Shown here: positions 46,701 to 57,868 of the stretch, piece by piece
How the letters are laid out: every line of letters starts with the position of its first letter
Position numbering within the stretch: the stretch's first letter is position 1
Program-made: the position numbers and the translations under genes
Notes under the pieces: model-generated
Seen by the model: only the letters and a program-made list of their open reading frames with translations
Database searches by the model: none
Told to the model about the DNA's origin: nothing
Source: Phoronis australis
Lineage: Eukaryota > Animalia > Phoronida
Assembly: GCA_002633005.1 (NCBI GenBank)
Contig: NMRA01000010.1
Coordinates: 1,595,001-1,659,000 of the forward strand
DNA length: 64,000 nt
Direction: 5' to 3'

Positions 46701-49142
46701 TGGTGTTTTTCTACAGTTTTGTTTGGAGTTCATTGAATCGAAGCTTCTAACACAAGGAGATGTCATTTGCCTTTCAAAACTAAAGCAAGACTTTGAAGCT
46801 TGGCTCTTGTCCATTAACCAACTATAGACCCCTTAGCTAACTGATGTAATTCCTCCAATCAATCAGTTTGGAATATTGAGCCTCTAATGCCGCATCCAAG
46901 TACTGAACATTCTGCTACATTTTTTAAAATGCAAAAATACCGGTTTATTTTACAATTATAGTGGTGTTTGATTGATGCATTGTGCTGAGTTGCTCCAAAG
47001 CCATTGTGAAGGAGCCAATGGATGGTTCGGAAGTCTCAATTGAGCTAGTTTCAAGCCAATTAGAGCGCATGAGCGCGTGTAAACATAACAGTAGTACATA
47101 TATTTGTCTCGCAAACGTTGGCTGTGGTCAGAAGAGTAAAGATGGTTTGCTGATAAACAGATCAAGGGCAATGAAAAAAGGGGCGAGAAAAGTGCTTATC
47201 GCTGTCTTGGTATAGGGTGACCGTATGTCTGGATGAACAAGGTCAAAGTGAAAGAAATTCACCTTCCTAACATTTCGCAAATATTCATTTTATTGTCTTC
47301 AAACAATAGTATATCATGTGAATTAGCTTGTGGTACATATAGCACGTGCGTGCATGGTTTATCGCAAACGTGGCGTTGGCGTCGTCAATCATTCATAACT
47401 TTTTTTTTATTTCCAACATTAGACCACAGGTGGACACTAGTGTATAATGCGAGTTAACAACAACGTTTTGTCTCTTGACCGATTGCGCCCCTTAAGGCTT
47501 TTTAAAATTAATAAGTAGTAATCATTTTCGTGAAAGACGGTCACGGTTACGCTGTTCAAACATAATATAATGGACAAAGAAAGACGAAAATAAACCCCTA
47601 GGAGCTACATGTTATGCCCTCGCTTTCCGATTCACTCATCTACAACGATTTCCGCTCGAACATGATTGTGAACGCAAAAAGATATACAAGGCTTAAACTA
47701 AATTTCAGTTTGTTTCCATGCAGTTACGCGACCGTTTGATTACCACGAGTGCGAGTAAAAACTTCTGGATGTAATCTAGCAAAAGAATCCTTGTCGTAAC
47801 CGATGCGATACCCGTAATCAGTGGTGTAATGGGGCGTAGGCGCACGTTGGCGCACGTTGGCGCACGTTGGCGCAGCCACCCACCTTTTATCACCTACGCA
47901 CCGTACGTGACGTTGTAGCGCGAATTCAATGAACTTTAAAAATTCAGTGCTCAAGGTGATACGGTGGGCACCGGGAGCCTACTTACCTCTAATTTTATTA
48001 CTACAGCACTGCGGCGTACATGTAATTAGCTTGCACTGTATCGATTGTGAAATGCAAAGTATTTTTCTGCGAAATACTTTTGTTTTTGTAACTTGAGCAT
48101 AGACCTATACATGCATTTTTGTATAAAACAGTTCACGTATTAACCAGTCTACTCGTAGCCACCTACCTAACAATTAAACCTAGCTACATGTATCCATCCA
48201 TCCATTTACCCACCCAACTGCATGTACTCACTCACGCACCCAGCTACCTCTCAAATCTCCGTAACTACCTTCTCCAACCCTACATTTCTACCTACCCGGG
48301 TATTCACGTAGTTGAGGGCTTAGAATTTTCCTCGTTTAAGGGTATTTCCTCCTTTTTTGTTTCGATTTTCCCTTATTTGATTTCCAGTTTCTTGCTTTTT
48401 CGTCTCTTTTTATCATTGTTTTAACTTTATTCATGCAAAAACGTTTATTTCGCTTGAATTTTACAATAAAAAATATTTCTATCACACGATCCTATTTATT
48501 TGTGGAACCTGGAAAATTTTCCTCATTTTGTCATGGGCTATAACAAGCTCTGCTAGTTACCTGGCAACCCACGCACCTACAACCTTGGTATAGCAGATGA
48601 GGTGATAGTAGAGTGAGGAAAGGCAAAAGTACTACGCTTTATGTGCATGTGATGTTCGGGAGTGTGGTCATCGCTCGAGGACAGGGAAAGAGGTTGGAAA
48701 AGGTGACGCTTTATGACGGGGAGGGGGAGTTAGACTCATGGTAACGTCATCATTGTGGTTCATTAGAATATCTTCATCACATTACGATTTGATAGTTGAA
48801 ACTGCCTACTTGGCTTTGCAGAATACAACTGCGGCAAATGGAATTGACAGTTATAGAGACACATTAGTTTGACATTAGAATCATAAAGTCGGGATCTCCA
48901 ATGAAATGTCGGTTCTTCCAAAAACCGGGTTGATTGTGATGACGTAATTAGAGGCTGGGCAAGGTGGGTGTTTATATCATGATGACTGAGGGGGCAAAAT
49001 TTGGTAGACGTAATATGTGAACACTACATTGGTGATTTGGCGGAAATTCTATGAAACTGACAGCTGTCATATTTTCCGCTTGTGCTAAGGATGTCTAGCA
49101 CGTTGATAACAAACAATTACACAACTAAAAATGGAAAGCTGA
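43745..49142. repeat. About 2.3-kb direct duplication across N at 45993
   Basis: 43745-45992 matches 46799-49142 with scattered SNPs and indels. Confidence 0.92.
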
Positions 49143-50899
49143 GCTGAAAGAAGAAGACATAATGCACCTTTCATATAACCAAGACATTCATATTACTTGG
49201 AATTCGCTTCCAAAAACATGCTGAAGATTCTAAAACACTTAGCTTGAAACTGGACCGGGTGTTGAATTTGGGATCGGTTACCAAAAAGCCTTTCTTAACA
49301 CGGTGCAATTAATTAGGCATGTCTGTTTTCACAAATTTAATGACCATGATGTCAACACCTAGGAAGCTAAATGACATACAGAAATCATTCGATGACTTAA
49401 CACTTTCTTCTGCTTGTATGTCATTATCTTGAGTTACTGATGCCACACGAATGCTACATGTATTTTGGGAAGTCACTTCTGCCGCGTTTACTGAGATGCT
49501 GAATTTTGTGACAAGATAGACAGTAAGTTTGAGAATCCGGACAGACGCATACGATCACAATGGGCTAACAGAGCTTAATCACAAATCACGTCATTGGCCC
49601 ACAAACTCCTTGTATTCAATGAACATTTGGCGCTTCATAGGCGTCAGCGTTGCTCGGCTAAATAACGCGAAAATATACCGTTTTTCTACAGTAATTGAAA
49701 GATTTGTTACTGAAGAAGTCATTTCTTGCTTGTTGACTAACTATGGGACATTTAAGAATCGGGTTTGTGAGATTTTCTTTTAAAAAAATGGCCGATCAAT
49801 GCTGGATAACCGGTGGGCGGAGGTTATCGGCAATATTCTTAAGATTTGCAATCGCCGATTCGTGAAACGACTTCTATTGATATCCTTGCTCCAATCAAAA
49901 ATCCGTCCACAGATTTTAAAGTATACGCAAAATGTCAGGAAAAAAATAAAATCCTCGCGTGCTACCGAAGACAGGAATAGGGCCAGATCTACTGGGCAGT
50001 TGGGTCACTGTGGTATTGCCCAAGCCACTGGCGGTGGTAGTTCTTCCACCTGCCTTCAAATTTCAATGTACAACGAATGACTCATCGAACGAAACATGCA
50101 TGTATTCGCAATGAGTTGTAACACAGACCAGGATTCTGAAGACAATTTTGTTAATGTAGTTTTAACATATCCATGAAATTCTGTTGAGTTTTACTAGCGC
50201 TTCTCTCTCCCGGCTGCCAGTTTGAGCAAAGAACTCTTGTCCGTCTAGAATGCCAACTGCTTTCAGCCGCTGAGGTTACGCCGCGCATGCGTGAAAGTTG
50301 ATTGCATTCGTTGGACTGAGACCACAGTCCCAGTGGCTGGTCATGACCTTTTCCATATGATTGACCTGGTTTAATCAAAGCCTTTGTTTGCGCAATTGTC
50401 GCTGCACCTGAAATTAGGCATTACTGACAGAAAGTGCACTCTTATTATATGGGGTTTCTCAGTGGAGAAATTCAACGAATGTCTTCTTTCCTTGCCGTGA
50501 AAAAATCGAGATGCTAGAAATGATCAAAAATTCCGATTTTGGCCACTTTAAGGGGTGGATCCAGGATTTTTAGTTATGGGGGAAGGGCAGGGTATTAGCC
50601 AGGATTTTGCCAGTCAGACATTCGCTCCCCCAAACTGCCAAATGCAATTTGGGAGACTTTTAGGGGGGCCACCACAGTTAACCAGTCATCATTGCTTCGA
50701 AGAAAATCGCATACCAGTATTTTTCATGTATTTTTTAAATATTTATTAAGTGTTAGAATTAGGAGTATTCCGTCACTGCTATTTTCATCAATTTTACTCC
50801 CGGACATTTTAAAAATTCATGAAAACTGATAACGAAGCTTGTAAATACGAAACTTGGTACAATATATATCAAGAAATGTCTGAAATTTGTACGTTTTAA

Positions 50900-52503
50900 A
50901 GGAGAATAACACCCAAAAAACAACCTATTTTGTATCAATTTAGATCGAGTAGTTCCACCCGATAACAGCAACTAGTACAGTTCCTTTACCTGACACCTGA
51001 CGGCAGACGGAGGTGACAAAATTAACCAATGACGTCAGAGGTTCGAATGCGGTCTGCTCAGCAGTTTACAACACGCTTACTGGTGTCAGCTTATCGCTTG
51101 AATTCCTCATTTTACACCAATTAATTATCAAAATACACCAAGTTCTTGAACAAAGGGGTTGTTTTATTTCGCTGTTACGAATTTATAGGTATTTGGACAC
51201 ACCGTAGCCTACAAAGTTCGGCAGGCCAATTTACCAAGGTCCGTAGCTGGAGTTTGGGGTCTGTTGGGAGATAAATTTGGAATATTCTTCCGTGATATAC
51301 AGACAGGATAACCTAGATCTGTGTTGTTTAGACTTGTGATTTTTTGAGTTCTAAACACACAAAACGCTTGTTATCCCGGCCAGTGGCTCGGAACCCGATC
51401 AGGCCTGTCGAGGCCGGACTGAATACATCACGAACATAAACCAGCCAAAGTTGTAAACTGAACTTCCAATCAAGAAAATACTATACTAGTCAGCCAAAGA
51501 AGTAATGTGCACGTGATTATGTTGGTGAATTAGCCACGAAACTTCAAATCTACTTACTCGTCGGGGGCCGCAATTTACGTTCCTTTTGGCCACAGAACCG
51601 TTAGGGCAGAAGTTGTACATTGACAATCACTATTTTAATAATGTATAGGTAAATAAAGATTCCCCTAACACCTGACTGTGGGATAGAAAATCACAATACT
51701 TTCTGTCAGCAAACACTGAATTAGCATGAGCTCACACAGTCATTTAGTTTTATTGTACATAAAGCCGGTAACGCAGTGATTTATTCATTGCTGGCTTCTC
51801 TCATTTGCACTCACGAACACTCCAAAGACATTAAAAATTGCATCTAATGAGACAGACTTTGTTTCAGTTTATATAAGTATTTAGGTTAGGATGAGAATAA
51901 TTCATTTTGAAACAGAAAACTCACTAATAAACGTCAAAAGGGCAACTAGCAATCCCGACTTAGACGAGAGCTCATCCGACAAAGACTTCACAGGTGGATC
52001 GTTAACTTTCACAGGCTATCAGTTCGAACCGGAGTACAGTGATGAAGAAATACTAGAGAGGCATCGTGAACAAGCTCAGGCAACGGAACGTATGGATAGT
52101 TATTTGGTAAGCCGACATTCGTCAGACTCAGTGTCGACGACTGCAGGCCACAGACACGGAGATGTTTCACGGCCTCATACTTGCTATCTACAGCGTACTT
52201 TTCATTCTTCACTACCGTGAGCCACTTCCTAAGCATTTCGGACTCTTGAGGAAGTCGAAAAAATAACGATATACCCGCTTTCCTCGCACCTGCATAGATC
52301 CGGCAAGCGGGAACAATGCACCGCCTCATAGCGGCATTCACTCTACAAATGAACCTCTGACGTCGCTGCGTCGTTTCTCACCTTCCTCACAGGTTATCGC
52401 GACCCCTCTCGGCAAGGTAAGGTCGACCGTATGCTAGGCGATGTAGATATAGACCGATTAAGACGGTAAAAAGACTAATTAAATCGCCGGGGTGGCATTC
52501 TCT
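50900..52503. mobile_element. Kolobok-like DNA transposon, internally deleted
   Basis: TTAA on both sides (50896-50899, 52504-52507); TIRs AGGAGAATAACACCC / GGGTGGCATTCTCT; THAP-domain stub on - strand, YQFEP-motif stub on + strand. Confidence 0.72.
52130..52329 (-). pseudogene. THAP zinc-finger N-terminus (truncated transposase)
   Basis: MRRCIVPAC...FFRLP....LRKWL....LRVCG; final HF of C2CH missing. Confidence 0.72.
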
Positions 52504-53429
52504 TTAAAATCTCTACAGGGCTATAAAAACAACTAGAATTTATCACGACCGTACCTATTAAGGACCAAAATTCAACACTCCATGACCGGAAATCTATGCT
52601 GGCAGGGAACAGGAGATTTATCACGCCTCAGATAGTCTATCTGAGATCACGCCAAGACATAGAAATTTCATGATAGGTAACAACGTGACTATTTCATATT
52701 CGGCAATGTTAATTGTTGTCATGATAGCAGTTTTCCGTTCAATGACTTTACCAGAAGTAGAAGGTTGTGAGCGTTTGATAACATCTAGCTTCTTTGTTAA
52801 CAGCCAAGCAAAGTCTTTTGTCTGGTATGACAACAGGCAGGCAACGTGTGAACGAAGTCAAACCCAGAGCGAATTGGTACATCCGGAAAGAATAGATTGT
52901 CCTAACTTCGGTTGTAGTTCGTCGATTTTAGCAATTCAAAAACTAAACATGATCACCATTTGACGAGGGTTTCAGAAATGCTATTGGTTTATGTTCGAAT
53001 TTGTTATAACTTAACTTTTATTTTTAGCAGCACAGCCCAGTCAGGTTAGATATGATCTTACTATTAGAGCAATTATCGAACAAAAGAGAGCTGGCCCTCC
53101 AACTACAAATGCCAGAATGGAGTAAATCAATCGTGTTAAGCTATTGGCTACAGGTGTGTTCTTCCGGAATTTCAGAATATTTTTGTTGATACATTAGGGT
53201 ATTGTGCGAGAGTCTGGAAAAGCTTTACCTTCTGCTCCAATTGCATTCCTCACAAGCAAAGAAAACATGAGCATTCGTCTGGGTGTCTCCACACGAACAA
53301 TTAAAGAGGCGAAATATTATTAAAGTTATGTCTTAATTTCTCGGTGTTTAGGAATTGACCGCATCTTGATCTCTATGGGATTATTTCATGGTTGCGAGGA
53401 AGTTGGAATGATGTCAATGAGACTGGCAA

Positions 53430-55090
53430 GTCTTGAGTAGTGGTATACATTTTAAAGTTATTTTTGAGAGTGACGATTGAAGTGCTTTCTTTTATTTTGG
53501 ATGGTAACGAATTCCAATTGTCAGTACAAGTTAATATCGTAGATCTCCTGAAGGCTTGGCTGAGGGAAGATGGAATAGTGTATAAAAATATTACTTTGCC
53601 GCAGTCCTGGGCCCGGTCTCCAATCTTTTTACTCGAAATGGAACTCGAAATTAGGTTTGGCATTTTCTGCTCTACTTTTGGGCGAACTCACGATAAGTGT
53701 CTATTATTCTATGCTCGAGTACACAATAACTTACGTAGATAATTCATTGCCCTTAGCTCACAGTTTGTAAACCCAATATTAAAGCAATAAGTTCGAGTTT
53801 GAACTCGAAATTTCGAGGTGTTACTAGTTTGTAACACGAATATATGGGTCATCAAGGGCAAACTTGAACTAGAAACTCCTATGTATAAACTATAATGTAT
53901 TTGAGCACAATCTGATAACCAATTATCTTAAGTTTGCACAAAAGGAGCAGAAAATTGCCAAAAATAGTTTCGAGTTCGTTTCGAGTACAAAGATTAGAGA
54001 CCAGGCCCTGGTCTCGTGTTAGTCTTTTGTAGGAGTCAAAGAGGATTTTGTTTGAATAATTGTTGGTTAAGACTTTGAATGTATACATGGACAGGTGGAG
54101 CTTACGACGGGTTGCTAGTTTGCTCCAGTTGAGACTATTTATAACCTTGATTGTGTTGGACCCTTTGTATGCCCCAGTTATGGCTAAAGCTGCCTGGTAT
54201 TGTAGTCTTTCTAATTGAAGAAGTATGCCAGCGCCGATTGATAGATTATGTCACTGTAATCTAGACGTGGAAGTACAAAAGACTTGAACAGATTTTCAAG
54301 ATGCATGGAGTTGAGACGATGCGAGACAATTGATTAATTTTTGTACTTTATGAACGAGTTCGCGAGTGAGGAGTAAATGTAAGCTTATGGTCTTGTAGCG
54401 AGCCAAGGTAATTGTGTGTGAACTTATTGAGAATAACTTCCCCATTGAGTGATAATTCCAGCGTTGGATTTGTTTGGAAATGAGTATTATTACACTTAGA
54501 AAATATAAGATCAACACTTTTTTCAGGTTGAAATTTCATCTTCCATTTGTAAGACCAGTCATAGAGTTTGTTTAGGTCAGTTTGCAATTGTAAGGAGTCA
54601 TGGGGATTCTCTTCTACAGTGTCATCAGCATATAAGAATGTTTTAGAGTTTATTGTGTCTGAAAGATCATTGATGTACAGTAAAAAGAGTAAGGGGCCTA
54701 GTACGCTACCCTGTGGTACTCCAGCATTTCCGAAACCTGGCGTTGATGAGGGTGATAAGACACCCTCAATTCGGACTTTGTAAGTTCAACATTCCAGATA
54801 TGATTTTTAAAGTAAGAGGAGAGTGCCTGAGAAACCATAAGATTGTAATTTATGTAGAAGCAGATCATGGGGAATGACATCAAAATCTGACGCAATGTCT
54901 AAGAATACGGATCTCACGTTGTATCCTTGCTCAAACTGGAGGTGGATTTCGTGTACAATTTCTGTAAGTTGGGACACAGTGCTGTTACTAGGCATGAATC
55001 CGAATTGGCGACATAAATGAGGTTTTGTGAAGAGAGGTGGTCAAACATGTTGAGAAATGATTTTTTTCTAAAATTTTGGATAAGGTGTTA
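53430..55090 (-). mobile_element. CR1/L2-group non-LTR retrotransposon, 5'-truncated, degenerate RT
   Basis: FMPSNSTVSQL, VFLDIASDFDVIPHDLLLHKL, GVPQGSVLGPLLFLLYIND, LYADDT, LQTDLNKLYDWSYKWKMKF, WNSLP; frameshifted. Confidence 0.9.
53610..54007. mobile_element. PIF/Harbinger-like MITE inserted in the LINE
   Basis: About 45-bp imperfect TIRs (GGCCCGGTCTCCAATCTTTTTACTCGAAA / TTTCGAGTACAAAGATTAGAGACCAGGCC) flanked by 3-bp CTG duplication. Confidence 0.8.
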
Positions 55091-55109
55091 AGTAGAGTTA
55101 TGGGGCGAT

Positions 55110-55910
55110 GCATGCTAATTCAGCGTTTGCTGACAGAAAGCTTCTGTGAAACAATAACTCGATTTTATATGTTAAGGGAATCTTTATTTAGACATGCATA
55201 TATATTATTCGAATCATTGTCACTGTACAACTTTTGCCCTGACGGTTCTCTAGTGTGGAAGGGGAACCTGAATTCGGTGCCTCCGACGAGTTAGTAGATT
55301 TACGCTTTCGTGACTAATTCACCAATGAAAATAATTACGTGCTCAATATCTCTTTGGCTCACTAGTATACTTTTTTGTGACTGGAAGTTTAGTTTCCAAC
55401 TTTGGCTGGTTTATGTTTGCGATGTCTTCAGTCCGACGGGCCTGATCGGATTCCGAGCCACTGGCCGGAATAACAAGTGTTTTGTGTGCTTAGAACTGAA
55501 AAAGTCGCAAGTCTAAAATTGCAACACACAGTTATGTACTCCTGTCTGTATTTCACGGAAGAATAAGTCGAATTTATCACCAAACAGACACCAAATTCCC
55601 GCGACCGACCTTGATAAATTGGCCTACTGAACTTTGTAGGATATAGTACGTTCAAATACCTATAAATCCGTAACAGTGAAAAAAAACAACACGTTTGTTA
55701 CATCAAGTTTTGGTGATTTTGTGGCGTAAAACGATGAATTCAAGCGATTAGCTAATCGCTGAACAGACGGCGTTCGAACCTGTGACACCATTGATTAATT
55801 TCAACACCTTCGTCTGCAGTCAGGTGTCAGGTAAAAGAACTGTTGTTATGGAGTGGAGCTTCTAGATCTAAATTGATACAAAATAGGTTGTTTTTGGGTG
55901 GCACTCTCGT
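55110..55910 (-). mobile_element. Second, inverted partial copy of the Kolobok-like left arm
   Basis: Reverse complement of about 50900-51730 (e.g. CCGAGCCACTGGCCGG, AAAATAGGTTGTTTTTGGGTG), ending at TTAA. Confidence 0.8.
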
Positions 55911-57828
55911 TTAAGAGTATTATATCAGATGTACTGGCGATAGTGCTGTTAAAGACATCCAACCTGGTTTAAACAAAGTTTGGCCCAGAGATCATGAGAA
56001 TGTCAGTCTCAAGCTAAACCAATGGTGAGTGTTTTTACAATGACATCATAGTATGGTGTGTTTTAGCGCACCTTAATTTTTATAAGAAAAGTAACGAATA
56101 GATCACTTCTTTTGTGTGGATATAATCCATTTGTAGACGCAGTTGTTATTCCCATTTTTTACCTAAAATCTTAAATTCACGACTACCCCGGTGAAGAAAT
56201 GAATGCTTTTTCACTCTATATCACAAAATTCAGGTTAAAATATGTCATTACATACCAGATTTTCGACAATTTCCACGCACCAAAAATTCAAGGCTCCATA
56301 AGGATATGCTTTCAATATGACGACTCTTCTTTTTCATAGTAGGCAAGCGCACTGGCCTAATTTCTGGACTCTACTCAAAACAGCTTCAAGGAACTACTGA
56401 ATACCACTCGTGACAATCACTTCCCATTTAGTTCACAAAACTACCAACAAACCGACCCATTCATTTTCTTCATTTTAGGGTGCTACACAGGCATCTAGTG
56501 CGGTTTTAGACCGTACTTGCTATGGAATTCACTGTCATTAAAACTTTTTGCAACTCCGCCGTTTTTCGACCGAATTGCATAAGAGCCATCAGGTCTTGAT
56601 GATTATGACAGAAGCAAAAGAAAATAATTTCATAAGTATTTATCATTTCGCATACATGACTGATTTAAAAGTATTTTTAATTCTAAAACCGAGGGGTTAC
56701 CTAAATGCGGAAAATAACAACGTGTAATAGTACCGTAGAAAGAAAATGAACCAGCGAGGTTATATAAATGGCTAGTGAAGCCATTTAGGAAATAATTTCA
56801 AAGGTTTGTACCCTATTCATATAAAGGTCTTAGAATATGGATCCCTCACATTTACCCTGGGTAATTCATCCCAATTTTTACACCGTTATGTATTATAATT
56901 AATTGGACCTTTGGTGCCGTTTGATACAATTTCATTCTTCAGTAAAAATTCAGAATGCAGTGACATACGAAAATGGGATAAACTGCTCCACATATCCGAA
57001 ATTTGCAGATAGCGGTTTTTTGATAAATCAAAAGTGGGCAAACATCTATCACGTAGCTTTAAAATGTACTATAGATAACTCATCACATTGGTGGCTGTGT
57101 AGGACTTTCCATTAAAGTTTAGAAATAAACTATTTCCTTCAGAAAGTAAAAGTAATGGACTTTGGAAAATAACAATATTCATAATATTCATAAAAAGAGA
57201 CAGTGTTATTTTGAACACTTGTTGCATGGACGTCACGAAACAACCGGATTGAAAAGTGGTACTTCAGGATAAAATGCGAAACGTCTTGCTAGAAGCCAAA
57301 ACGTAAGGGCGAAATGTTCACTGCAACACATAATTACGTATTGACAGCGTTTTTTATCGAGCGGAAAAATGCTCAACAGTGTATTTTGTTGCTTGTTGTG
57401 GTTGAATGGGAAATTGTAGGTGCTGCAAAAACAAGTGAAACGTCACAATTTCTTCTGTTTAGTCGGGCGGGAAAATATGGCTTTGTCGCGTGGGAAATTA
57501 CAATAGTATAAAGTAATATGTCAAGTTGTCCGTGTGTGTGTCAAACAGCTGGACATTTAGAATGTGTTGAGATGGTGTAAAAAATTAAGAAGTGTTGTTG
57601 TCCGCCAAGAGCGGGGCAATTGGCACTGTACGCTGACAGCAACTTGAGGTACTTTCACAAGGTAAATTTTTCAATTTTTAAAATTTCATTTCACGGGTAT
57701 AGGTAAACACTGCAGGTAACATTAGGCCTACTTCTCAGAAATCAAATTAACAAAAACGGCATCTGGGCAACAGGTAAACAACTGCACAAATGAATTATAG
57801 AAACAACTGAAAACAGTAATAACGTATG

Positions 57829-57832
57829 CACA

Positions 57833-57868
<36 letters not shown>
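57829..57868. repeat. (CA)n microsatellite at contig joint
   Basis: CA run ending at N 57869. Confidence 0.9.

Noticed and set aside
43905-48424. Pairs of similar short ORFs suggesting a gene family
   Set aside because: Explained by the N-joined 2.3-kb duplication; indels between copies ignore frame.
49781-50551. Possible second TTAA-flanked element with a THAP-like 75-aa ORF
   Set aside because: Left terminus matches poorly and the ORF lacks the C2CH pattern.
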